Shown: positions 19,818 to 29,417, numbered from the stretch's first letter. The stretch is 64,000 nt of DNA from an uncultured Alistipes sp. (GCA_944323075.1 CALURC010000016.1:711446-775445), one strand, 5' to 3'. Translations and numbers: made by a program. The notes: generated by a model from the sequence alone, not told the origin.

Positions 19818-20444
19818 CTAAGAATTATGCTTCATTTTCAATTTGTATCCTTTTCCTGTCTTTTCAAGAACCCCTTGTCGCACCAGTTGAGCGATTGCGC
19901 GAGATAAGGACGGACGTGTGACCCCAAGAATAAATGCGGTCTGCTGAAGATTCTGAATCGAACCGTTATTTTCAAGATAGCCGATCAATCGAGAGGATAA
20001 CGTCTGCAGAGCAAATTGCTCCAGTTTACGGCTCAAAAAGAGGCTATGATCCGAAAGTACCGCCAAAAAATTGTGTAGAATCGCCCGATCCTGTTCAATA
20101 AGCGACAATACACAGGCTTTATTAATAATCCACAATTTACAGTCCGAATGGGCAATCATAGTGATAGGCAAAATATTCTCTGTACCAAAAAGAAATGCAG
20201 AAGCCAAAACATCCGGTGCCGATAGGGTATCGAGCGTGAACTCACGTCCTTCATCACTGATCATCCGAGCATAAACACTTCCTTCACACAAAACATACAG
20301 CGAACGGCAAACGCTGTTCTGCATGGCAATAAACTCCCCCTTACGATAGGAGCTGAAACGACTGGGATACTTTTCGAGTATACCGTCCACTACCGTCTGA
20401 TCACAACCCCGAAAAAGAAGCGTATCATAAATTCTTCTATCCAT
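19818..20444 (-). CDS. Crp/Fnr-family transcriptional regulator, HcpR-like
   Basis: cNMP-binding-like N-domain (LYVLCEGSV) and C-terminal HTH with GVTRPSLSRAI recognition helix. No FNR N-terminal Cys cluster. Confidence 0.88.
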   Translation of the reverse strand: MDRRIYDTLLFRGCDQTVVDGILEKYPSRFSSYRKGEFIAMQNSVCRSLYVLCEGSVYARMISDEGREFTLDTLSAPDVLASAFLFGTENILPITMIAHSDCKLWIINKACVLSLIEQDRAILHNFLAVLSDHSLFLSRKLEQFALQTLSSRLIGYLENNGSIQNLQQTAFILGVTRPSLSRAIAQLVRQGVLEKTGKGYKLKMKHNS

Positions 20445-20477
20445 AAAACACTATTTTACAACAAAATAGCGGAATAC

Positions 20478-20521
20478 GTAACAAATGTTACACCAAATCG
20501 TATTTCGCCTTTATACTTTTG
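20478..20521 (+). promoter_or_regulatory. Crp/Fnr-type operator plus activator-dependent promoter of the lipoprotein operon
   Basis: Perfect palindrome GTAAC-AAAT-GTTAC (20478-20491) and TACTTTTG -7 box (20514-20521); no TTTG -33 element. Confidence 0.7.
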
Positions 20522-20599
20522 CGCACAAATGAATAATAGACAAATTCCAATATGACTATTGGGAACCGACAAGTACAAATATACAAAACATCGAAACCA

Positions 20600-22459
20600 A
20601 TGAACAGAATTGTGTATGTTTTATCGCTCTGCCTCATTATCTTGAGCTCTTGTCGTTCGGACACATGGATGGAACCCGTTTCTCCGGACAGTGCAAGACA
20701 AGGTATCGCCTTCAAACTGCGATACGAAGAGTTCGAGGAGGCGAGCAACCGATCTGCTTCGCTTCTCGACACAGACTATGATCGTGTAGAGTTCTGCATC
20801 GTCGATGAAAGTGGAGACGTAGTAGACGGAATCAAAGGTCTTTATGATTCGTCCCGTTCCGAGATACGAATCGAAGGACTACGTGAAGGCAATTACCGAC
20901 TTTTGATCTTGGGAATCGTGGGAGACGAAACTGCCGATGGTGTCACAATCACGCCGATACGACACATCGACGAAACTTGGTTACAGTTTCCAGCCGACCT
21001 GCACAAACCGCTCGAAGCAGAATATTTCTACTCACAGACACCTTTTTCGGTTGTCCGGAGCTCCGGTCCCTCTGGAGACGAGCTGACCGCTCAGCTCGAA
21101 GAAGAGGTCGTACAACGCCGGATCATCGGACGCACGGATTTCTCGTTTACATTCAACAATCCGTATGTCGAGAGTGCCCTTTCGACCCGGAATGTCATCC
21201 TGCACGCGCCCCGTTTCCTGACCGATTTTTCCGGATCCGGATCATTTTCGGGAGAAACAGACGGAACGGATGTCTCGATGGATCTCCTCTCGACCTGCTC
21301 TTACCTGTTTCCTCCCACCACCGAAGGAAACCCTTTAGGCGGAGAGATCGAACTGACCACCCGCAACTATCGCGGAGAGACGGTACGCCGTACGTACGAC
21401 TTCACGTTGCGGGAGATCACACCGAACCGTATCGGAAAGATCCACACGACACTCATACATCCGGATGATCCCTCCGGCACGGCGTTCATTACCGAACAGG
21501 TGCTCAAAACGGCCGACTTGAGCTATATCCTGCAAGACGACGAGCCGCACTCCATCTACACGAACTCCTCGTTGCGCTCATTCAACACGTCTGCACCGCT
21601 TCAGGTATCCATCACGGAAGAGGGACAACTTCACGTCCGGTTCTACTCTCCGCGCGATCTGAGCGATGTGCTGATTCAGGCTCTGATTCCTTCGGTAAGC
21701 AGTGAGTATATCGATCTGGCCTATTTTGACCGTATTCCCGCATTTGCCGATTTTTACGGCGAGCTGCGCTCCGTGCAACACAAAACTTTTTTCCGCTCGG
21801 AGTCGGGACGCATCGTCGAGACCGGTCCGATTCTCCTCTCCGAGCTGACAGCTGCAACTTTCCGCATCACCTCGAACGATCCCTTCTGGAGTAAGCTCGA
21901 AGCCATCGAACATGGGTGGAACATAAGTTTCTCTCTTTACGGAGGGAATCCTGAACTTCCGGACGGAGGCCCGGTAGGCAACTGGATGGGAATCCGACCG
22001 GTACACTGTCGGGAAGCCGTAGCCCTGTTCCTGAACTTCACCTACATGATCGACATGCCCGAACATGAAGAGATTCTCCGTACGAACGTTGACCGTCTCT
22101 ACGGCAACGGAGGTCCAACAGACAAAGTTTCCGTCGAGACAGTCCTGCAACAGATGCGACAACGTCGGACTTTACAGGTCGGATTGGTCTATCCGGGTAA
22201 CGGTGTCATTGGACTCGGGGGTGGAAATGTATTCGGAGCCTACCAGCAGGCTTGGTTCCAACACTATTTCAACACCTACTCCTGCGAGATTCTTTTCCAT
22301 GAGTTGGGACACGTCATGGGATACAACCACAGCAGCTCATTCACCTATGGGCCGTGGGCACAGGAGCTGATGAATCGCTTCTATGTCGAACACATCACCG
22401 AAATGCCCATCGATTCGCCATCTTACCTGAAAAGCGAACAGAATCCTAATAAATACTAA
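20600..22459 (+). CDS. Lipoprotein with pilin-like N-terminus and C-terminal metzincin-type zinc metalloprotease motif
   Basis: Start at ATG 20600 gives MNRIVYVLSLCLIILSS-C. HELGHVMGYNH fits HExxHxxGxxH, followed by ...QELM. Confidence 0.75.
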   Translation: MNRIVYVLSLCLIILSSCRSDTWMEPVSPDSARQGIAFKLRYEEFEEASNRSASLLDTDYDRVEFCIVDESGDVVDGIKGLYDSSRSEIRIEGLREGNYRLLILGIVGDETADGVTITPIRHIDETWLQFPADLHKPLEAEYFYSQTPFSVVRSSGPSGDELTAQLEEEVVQRRIIGRTDFSFTFNNPYVESALSTRNVILHAPRFLTDFSGSGSFSGETDGTDVSMDLLSTCSYLFPPTTEGNPLGGEIELTTRNYRGETVRRTYDFTLREITPNRIGKIHTTLIHPDDPSGTAFITEQVLKTADLSYILQDDEPHSIYTNSSLRSFNTSAPLQVSITEEGQLHVRFYSPRDLSDVLIQALIPSVSSEYIDLAYFDRIPAFADFYGELRSVQHKTFFRSESGRIVETGPILLSELTAATFRITSNDPFWSKLEAIEHGWNISFSLYGGNPELPDGGPVGNWMGIRPVHCREAVALFLNFTYMIDMPEHEEILRTNVDRLYGNGGPTDKVSVETVLQQMRQRRTLQVGLVYPGNGVIGLGGGNVFGAYQQAWFQHYFNTYSCEILFHELGHVMGYNHSSSFTYGPWAQELMNRFYVEHITEMPIDSPSYLKSEQNPNKY

Positions 22460-22472
22460 AAAACCGACGACA

Positions 22473-24722
22473 ATGAACTATCTGAAATATTTGAATATCG
22501 TATTTTGCGGCATACTTCTCCTGTCGGGATGCCATAAATCTCCGGAGAGCGACCTGCCGACACCCGATGCGGGAACGATCTCTGTCCGCTTTATCCCTGA
22601 AGAACCGGCTACCAAATCCTTCACTCTATCCAAAACAGCACAGGGAGAGACGAATGATCAAGCAATCGGACAGGTCATCGGATACCGTTTTACACAAGGC
22701 TTATTCCGTGAATCGATTATTGGCGAACCGTCCGGAACGGATGGAGTCTACACGTTTCATCCGAGCTCACGTTTGGGAGAGATCTACTTTATTGCAAACG
22801 GACCTTCGGAGATGTCCAGCGAACTGCAACCGGATGTATCCACACAGGATGAATTTCTGGAACTTTACGCCACGGACGAAGAGATGACCGCATCGGGATT
22901 CACGATGACCGGGAAGGCCTCCTTGGACGAGCTCACCTCAACACCAGTGACCATTCGGCTTCGCCGTACGGTTGCCCGCATCGACCTTGTAGTACAAGAG
23001 CGAGGAGTAGCCGTCCACGAGGTAACCATACGGGGCATTGCGGATCGTGGATACCTCAACGAACGTAACAACGTGAGCAATCCGGCGGCATCGGAGAGAA
23101 CGGACTTCCTCAAAGAGTACGCCGACACTCCGTTGACAAACTCCCGGGAAACGCTGTTGTACCTCTGTGAACAGACGGGAGACGTCTTGAGCGTGGAGGT
23201 GATCGCCGACATCGATGGAGGCTTGCACCGGATGACCGCAACTTTCCCCTCGGAGATCCTTCGCAACCGGATATACACCATACAGGTGCATGGGAACGGA
23301 GCCTCCGCCTCTCTCTCCGTTGTCGCCGACAATTGGGAAGAGGGTGATTCAGTAGAGTCTTCTCCCGACCTCAAAGGAGTGATCGACGTCGAAGCTTCGG
23401 TCCTTCCCGAATCGGTTCGGATCAATTCATCCTGCGATTCGGTTTATATCTCTTCCCAAGTAGTAGAATTTCAGTTGGTACTGCGGGCTGAAGCCGAATC
23501 GGATGTAGCGATAGAGGGTACCGTACGGGGCGTAACGACACAGGTTGAGACACTGACCAAGTCCCTGCAACCGGTCGCTGCCGTTTCAGTAGCAAGCGAT
23601 CGACGGCTTCCCGGAGAGAAACAGGCCTACCTCTACCTGAACCTTCACCGCGACGGACTCTACTCCGGACGCATCGTGCTGGTCTTCGAACCGAATCCGG
23701 TTGTCATTACCGGAGCGATCACCTTCGATGAAAACGGCATCTGCGATTTTGGGAAATACGTCGACGGAGAACTGGGCCGGATGAAACTTCCGGAGGGGAA
23801 AACCGCCCGTTTAGAGTTCGACTCGGGAGAGGATGCATGGATGAAACTTGTCGACGATCAGGGCGAACTGCGCATCCTCGGAGGCTGGAAACCCAACGAT
23901 CCGAAAGCCGACGGACGAACCCAAGAGGGACGAATCATCATTGCGGATGCCGACGGATCGAACTCGGAAAGTTACTCTCTCCGTAGGCGTAACTGGGGTC
24001 TTCCGGTGGTCGAGATCGACGGTACATGGTGGTGTAAATACAACCTCCGGGGAAGCGTCAAAAAGTTCGAAGACCAGATTTCGATTCAGGCCGATCCTGC
24101 TTCGGACCGTGAACTGGCCGATTACCTGAACACGTGCGACGAGGACGAATTGCTTCGATTAATGGGAGATCAATATCAGGGAGGTACACAACAGGGACTA
24201 CCGTTAGGGTACGATGGAACCGCTTTTCTGTACGAAGGGATGCGCTCTTCAGGCGGAAACTTCGGCACTCTGGACCCCACCCTCATGGCTCCCGACGGGT
24301 ATCAGATTCCGGACTACAACGACTACGCCTTTTTCAGTGCCAACAACAATTTCAACCTCGGAGGAGTCGGTTCCCGAAGCTATAAGAATGCAGCGGGACA
24401 GGAGATTACCGTACGGATTATCGAACGGGATGTCACTTTCTTGGGACAACATTACGGGAACGTATCGTTTTATGAATTTCAAACCGAAACAGGATACTGG
24501 GTTCTATACGGTCTCGGACACCAGTGGAACACCACACCCGGCAACATTTCGACCAAGATGCTGTTGCTCGCGACCTACGGCAACAGTGCAAACTGCTGGG
24601 TGATGGAGGGCTATGCCCAGAGCGACCGTCCCAACCAAAACTGGTTGAAATTCATGAACCAGAACTCAACCAAAACCCGAACGATCCGCTGCATCAAGAG
24701 TCCGGTAGAGTATATTTATTAA
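22473..24722 (+). CDS. Type V pilin/adhesin-like lipoprotein (FimB/Mfa2-like N-terminus, Fib_succ_major-like C-terminus)
   Basis: LLLSG-C lipobox, PATKS, IYFIAN, LRRTVARIDL, ILRNRIYTI, APDGYQIPDYNDY, RTIRCIK. Confidence 0.65.
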   Translation: MNYLKYLNIVFCGILLLSGCHKSPESDLPTPDAGTISVRFIPEEPATKSFTLSKTAQGETNDQAIGQVIGYRFTQGLFRESIIGEPSGTDGVYTFHPSSRLGEIYFIANGPSEMSSELQPDVSTQDEFLELYATDEEMTASGFTMTGKASLDELTSTPVTIRLRRTVARIDLVVQERGVAVHEVTIRGIADRGYLNERNNVSNPAASERTDFLKEYADTPLTNSRETLLYLCEQTGDVLSVEVIADIDGGLHRMTATFPSEILRNRIYTIQVHGNGASASLSVVADNWEEGDSVESSPDLKGVIDVEASVLPESVRINSSCDSVYISSQVVEFQLVLRAEAESDVAIEGTVRGVTTQVETLTKSLQPVAAVSVASDRRLPGEKQAYLYLNLHRDGLYSGRIVLVFEPNPVVITGAITFDENGICDFGKYVDGELGRMKLPEGKTARLEFDSGEDAWMKLVDDQGELRILGGWKPNDPKADGRTQEGRIIIADADGSNSESYSLRRRNWGLPVVEIDGTWWCKYNLRGSVKKFEDQISIQADPASDRELADYLNTCDEDELLRLMGDQYQGGTQQGLPLGYDGTAFLYEGMRSSGGNFGTLDPTLMAPDGYQIPDYNDYAFFSANNNFNLGGVGSRSYKNAAGQEITVRIIERDVTFLGQHYGNVSFYEFQTETGYWVLYGLGHQWNTTPGNISTKMLLLATYGNSANCWVMEGYAQSDRPNQNWLKFMNQNSTKTRTIRCIKSPVEYIY

Positions 24723-24742
24723 CTAAGTCCGCTTTCTGAACC

Positions 24743-27052
24743 ATGAAAAAGATCAATAAAATGAGTATAAAGATTCGTGCAATAATAACCTGCGGAATAG
24801 TTCTCCTTGCAGGCATGAACTCCTGTTCGAAATCGGAGTCCACTACGGAACCGCCCCACATACCGCCCTCCGATTCAAGCACATTCGTCACCCTTCAGAC
24901 GACCGACTACGAGGTTGCCGGCGAGGAGATCGCCGGGGAGAACGAACTGCAAGAGCTCCGGGCCTACCGGTTCGAGAACGGACATCTGGTCCAAATTCTC
25001 GACCGTCCGACCACCGGCTCCGAGGGCTATGGGTTCCGACTCGATCGCCCGGTCGGCACGCTCTACGTCGTATCGAACACAAACGACATCTCCGCCCTCA
25101 ACAACCTGCAAGGCTCCGGGATTTCCGAGCAGGAGTGGCTTAAACTTACGACCGGCACGAAGGAGGGGCTACCGATCCGATTCTTCTCCGGCAGTACCTC
25201 CCTTTCGGGAAGCTTGTCCAAAGTGGTCAAAATGACCCGCGGATTTGCCCGCTTCGATCTACAGATCCGCACTTCGGGAGAGACAGCAATCGAATCTCTC
25301 ACTTTGGGAAACTGTACGCTCTCAACCCCTCTCTTTGCCGATACTGATTCGGGCTCCACGGCTCCCCAATCGGGTAATCTGACGATCCAGCCCGACAAGC
25401 CGTACACCCAGGACACTCCGGGCTTCGCGTACGTTTACGAACAGACGGACACCGAGGCAACGCTTTTTGCCGAAGCGATCATCGATGGAGAACGGACCCA
25501 CCTCGAAACAAAACTTCCGGAAATCATCCGAAGAAACTGCATATATGTCGTAAGCGTAACGAAAGAGGAGTCCGACGCGGCTGTTCAACTGACTGTCGAA
25601 GCATGGCAGGAGGGCGACCAGATCGGAATGCACCCCTGTTTGGACGGCACCATCACGGTGGATACCGACCGGTCGGAGCTCCCCGAAACCGTTACCGTTA
25701 CCGACAGCGGAACAAAGCTGATTCTACCGCACAACCTTACAGACTTTCTTTTGGCTTTAGATTGCGACGATGAGCTGGAGCTTCTTCCACCCGACAACGA
25801 CGATTTGACCATCGAGCCACTGGGCTCCGTACAGGAGACGTATGCCGTAAATCTGTTTCGGATCCAGAAGCCGCTGTTCGCACCCGGGATGCCCACCCGA
25901 ACGGTTGAGCTCAAATTCCGACGGAAAGGGTTAAACAACGTCTATCCCGAAGACCGAATTTTGGTCACCCTTTCGGCCAATCCTGTCGATCTCGAAGGGG
26001 AAATCTCCTTCGACACGAAGAGCTACTCTTTCGACTTCGATCGCTACGTCGACAATGAGCTGGGACGTTTCACCGTGCCGTCCAACAAAAAACTCACGGT
26101 AGAGTTCGAGGCCGGTGAAGATCCGTGGATCAAACTCGCTCCCAGTGACGAAGACAGTCACACACTCCGCGTACTGGGCGGATGGAAGCCGAACGATCCG
26201 ACAGCCGACGGCCGGATTCAACGGGCCACACTCGTCATCTGCAATGCAACCGACGGTTCTGAACGGGAAGAGTATCAGATCTCTCGACGCAATTACGGTC
26301 TGCCGGTCACATGGTTCCATGGTGTCTGGTGGTGCAAATACAACGCTCGGGGCAACTCCAAAAGTTTCGACGATCAGATTCTCTGCGCCTCCGATCCAGC
26401 AGTTGCTGCGGGTAAAAGCGTTCTCGACTACCTCCGGGACTGCTCGCCCGAGGAGTTCTACGATCTGTGGGGTTGGGCCTACCAAGGCGATAGCGGAATC
26501 GGCCTGCGGGTGGTCGAACAGAACGACACAGTCGTGATGGAGGGCTTCTCATCATCCGTTTCTGCCCACATCAACAAGCTTCCGGCCGACGCCTTGGCTC
26601 CCGACGGATATGAACTTCCCTCGATGGAGGAGTTCAACCGGATGTTCGACGCAACCGACTATGTCTGGATGATGTGGAGTGGCTCTCACCTGCTGCGAAA
26701 CCCGTGGGAAGGGCACAGCAAGGTCATCCGGGAGCAACGTCGCCGCAACGACCTAAGTGTTGGCACAGTACAGACTCCCGACCTGATCTACATCGGCATG
26801 TCGAGTCCCGACTTTCCGGACTTCGAACCGGTCACTTGGTACGGTCCCGGAGCCCAATGGAATGCGGACGGCATAAAACACGCCAACCACTACAACAACA
26901 TCTTGTTTGCAGTACATTCACCGGAAGGCACGGGATGGTACATGGCCGGCAACATGTCTGCTCTCCACCTGCAGAAAAACGGTGCGGGAAATAAAGATAC
27001 CCGTATCCTTCGTTTCAAAAAATCGCCAGTAGAGTATATATATGGAGAATAA
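24743..27052 (+). CDS. Type V pilin/adhesin-like lipoprotein, paralog of 22473..24722
   Basis: AGMNS-C lipobox, LYVVSN, MTRGFARFDL, IRRNCIYVV, APDGYELPSMEEF, RILRFKK. Several blocks shared with the upstream gene. Confidence 0.65.
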   Translation: MKKINKMSIKIRAIITCGIVLLAGMNSCSKSESTTEPPHIPPSDSSTFVTLQTTDYEVAGEEIAGENELQELRAYRFENGHLVQILDRPTTGSEGYGFRLDRPVGTLYVVSNTNDISALNNLQGSGISEQEWLKLTTGTKEGLPIRFFSGSTSLSGSLSKVVKMTRGFARFDLQIRTSGETAIESLTLGNCTLSTPLFADTDSGSTAPQSGNLTIQPDKPYTQDTPGFAYVYEQTDTEATLFAEAIIDGERTHLETKLPEIIRRNCIYVVSVTKEESDAAVQLTVEAWQEGDQIGMHPCLDGTITVDTDRSELPETVTVTDSGTKLILPHNLTDFLLALDCDDELELLPPDNDDLTIEPLGSVQETYAVNLFRIQKPLFAPGMPTRTVELKFRRKGLNNVYPEDRILVTLSANPVDLEGEISFDTKSYSFDFDRYVDNELGRFTVPSNKKLTVEFEAGEDPWIKLAPSDEDSHTLRVLGGWKPNDPTADGRIQRATLVICNATDGSEREEYQISRRNYGLPVTWFHGVWWCKYNARGNSKSFDDQILCASDPAVAAGKSVLDYLRDCSPEEFYDLWGWAYQGDSGIGLRVVEQNDTVVMEGFSSSVSAHINKLPADALAPDGYELPSMEEFNRMFDATDYVWMMWSGSHLLRNPWEGHSKVIREQRRRNDLSVGTVQTPDLIYIGMSSPDFPDFEPVTWYGPGAQWNADGIKHANHYNNILFAVHSPEGTGWYMAGNMSALHLQKNGAGNKDTRILRFKKSPVEYIYGE

Positions 27053-27074
27053 AACTCCCTTGATCTTTAGCTAT

Positions 27075-27111
27075 AAGGGCGAACCATTCGACACCGGACA
27101 GGTTCGCCCTT
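27075..27111. terminator. Hairpin between the convergent lipoprotein operon and araC-like gene
   Basis: AAGGGCGAACC...GGTTCGCCCTT, 11-bp perfect stem. Confidence 0.75.
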
Positions 27112-27153
27112 CATTTCACTTCCTGTGAAACAACCATTAAAACCAGAAAAGAT

Positions 27154-28044
27154 TCACGTCCGATCTGGATGTCGATATCTTACGACATATACATTACGAT
27201 ATGTACAGGGCGTTTGCTGCGTACACTTTTTGAACACCGAGTTAAAATGCGACAAATTGCGAAATCCGCATTCGTAAGCTATTTCTGAAATCGGTTTATT
27301 CGTATTAGCCATCAATGTACAGGCATAGGCTACACGCAACTCGTTCAAAAACGTCACAATGGTTTTTCCCGTAATACTTTTAAAACGACGGCAAAGAGCG
27401 GATCGATTCATGCATACGTTTTGAGCCAAGATATCAAGCGATATCGGCTGTTGATAATGAGTATTCAAATAAGAAATAACCTTCGAACATACCGGATGTA
27501 AATTTTCTGAATGATGCTGAAATCGGGATGATGCCAAAAACATATATTTGGATCGTCCCAAAAGGTCCAAAATCCGATATAACGTCAGAACCTTTTCAAT
27601 GCCTTCTGCTTCCGCCATCGATCGAATCAATCCGATTATTTCATCGCGATCCTGAATCTGAAAACCGATTCCTCGATCGGCATCCTTCAACACTTTGTTA
27701 ACCGTCCGAAACTCGGGCATCCGTTCATACTGTTCCGGTAAAATATGCTCGCCAAATTGGACGTATATCGATCTGCATCTCTCCCGACAAGTAGCCTTAT
27801 AGAAGCGGTCTTCACTCAAATAAAAGTGTGGTAATCCTTTTCCAAAGAGAGCAAGATGCCCCTGCGAAAATTTACCATTGTAATCTCCGCAAAAACAGAT
27901 CCCGTCACCCTCTTCAATCAAAACAAGCTCATACTCCGGATGGAAATGAAGCGGAGCCGTAAAGTGTGCCGCCTCGAAAACAGCGACCTTAAATGAGCTG
28001 TCACGATCAGGAACGACCTGCTCGAATTCCATTTGAGTCATCAC
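27154..28044 (-). CDS. AraC-family regulator with cupin-like sensor domain
   Basis: PLHFHPEYEL, RVAYACTLM, IAYECGFRNLSHFNSVFKK. Confidence 0.92.
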   Translation of the reverse strand: MMTQMEFEQVVPDRDSSFKVAVFEAAHFTAPLHFHPEYELVLIEEGDGICFCGDYNGKFSQGHLALFGKGLPHFYLSEDRFYKATCRERCRSIYVQFGEHILPEQYERMPEFRTVNKVLKDADRGIGFQIQDRDEIIGLIRSMAEAEGIEKVLTLYRILDLLGRSKYMFLASSRFQHHSENLHPVCSKVISYLNTHYQQPISLDILAQNVCMNRSALCRRFKSITGKTIVTFLNELRVAYACTLMANTNKPISEIAYECGFRNLSHFNSVFKKCTQQTPCTYRNVYVVRYRHPDRT

Positions 28045-28245
28045 TACACTGCTTATACATGCAAATATACCACAAGAATTGGCAATTATAGCAAAAATAT
28101 CATATTCTTCAACACATTACCTTTGCAAACAGAGAGACACGTATCTGCGACAAATCAGGAACAATCGTCTTTTAGCCATACACGATACGGAGTCTTGTCG
28201 AGCTGTATTGAATTGAACAAAACCGAATCACAAACTACTACCGAA

Positions 28246-29304
28246 ATGTTGAAAAAAATAATTCTAATCGGAATCTTCTTTTGGGCATACGGATCTCTGC
28301 TCGCACAGGGACAACAATGGAGTGCAGAAAAGGCAAAAGAGTGGTACGAAAAACAGAACTGGATCTGCGGAGTAAATTACATCCCCGCCAACGCGATCAA
28401 TTACACCGAGATGTGGGACAAAACCGGATTCTCGCCCAAAGTCATCGACCGGGAACTGGCTCTTGCGCAAGGTATCGGTATCAACAGTGTCCGCGTCGTA
28501 TTGCAATATGCCGTCTACGAAGACGACCCAAGCTATTTCCGCAAAACATTCGAACGCTTTTTGTCGATTTGCGACAAACACGGAATCAGGGTCATTCCCT
28601 GTTTTTTCGATGACTGCGTTTTTGGTGTCAATACAGACCCGACCATAGGAAAACAGCCCGAACCGCTCGAAGGATGGTACGCTTGGGCATGGTCGCCCTC
28701 TCCGGGATACACGAAAGTAGCCGACGAACGGGAACACGACAAACTGGAACGTTACGTCAAAGATATCATGCAACGACACAAAGACGATCCCCGCATTTTG
28801 TTCTGGGACCTCTACAACGAACCTGCCAATACATTATTCCAGAAAGAGTACCATTTCAAACTCCTGAAAAAGGTGTTCGCATGGGCACGGACGATCGATC
28901 CGTCACAACCCATTACCACAGGAATCTATCTACCCGACATGGAGATCAATCCATTTCTGATCGAAAACTCCGACATCATCACATTCCATTGCTATGCCGA
29001 TCCGGAATACACCGAGCAGCAAACGTTAAAAATGTTACAATACGGCCGACCGGTAATCTGTACCGAATGGATGCTCCGCACGCAAAATTCAACCATCAAA
29101 GCAATAATGCCCCGATTCAAGGAGTTACATGTCGGCAGCATCATTTGGGGTCTGGTCAACGGAAAGACACAAACCCACTTACCGTGGGGGCACCGGCCGG
29201 AGGATCTGCCATACACCGGAGTTTGGCAATGCGACATTTTCCACGGAGATTTCACCCCATACGACCCAACCGAAATCGATCTGATCCGACAACTGACCAG
29301 ATAA
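28246..29304 (+). CDS. Secreted clan GH-A glycoside hydrolase (GH5-like)
   Basis: Signal peptide from ATG 28246 (MLKKIILIGIFFWAYGSLLAQ). WDLYNEP acid/base and ICTEW nucleophile motifs. Confidence 0.8.
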   Translation: MLKKIILIGIFFWAYGSLLAQGQQWSAEKAKEWYEKQNWICGVNYIPANAINYTEMWDKTGFSPKVIDRELALAQGIGINSVRVVLQYAVYEDDPSYFRKTFERFLSICDKHGIRVIPCFFDDCVFGVNTDPTIGKQPEPLEGWYAWAWSPSPGYTKVADEREHDKLERYVKDIMQRHKDDPRILFWDLYNEPANTLFQKEYHFKLLKKVFAWARTIDPSQPITTGIYLPDMEINPFLIENSDIITFHCYADPEYTEQQTLKMLQYGRPVICTEWMLRTQNSTIKAIMPRFKELHVGSIIWGLVNGKTQTHLPWGHRPEDLPYTGVWQCDIFHGDFTPYDPTEIDLIRQLTR

Positions 29305-29382
29305 ACTTATCAGATCGATCCTCCAAACTTTTCCCGACTTGAATGAATGCTACATTCACTTCGACCAGGAAGTCTCCGAACA

Positions 29383-29417
29383 GTAGGGCCGTCTTCGTTA
29401 AATGAAGACGGCCCTAC
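29383..29417. terminator. Bidirectional terminator hairpin
   Basis: GTAGGGCCGTCTTC-GTTAAAT-GAAGACGGCCCTAC, 14-bp perfect stem between convergent genes. Confidence 0.8.
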
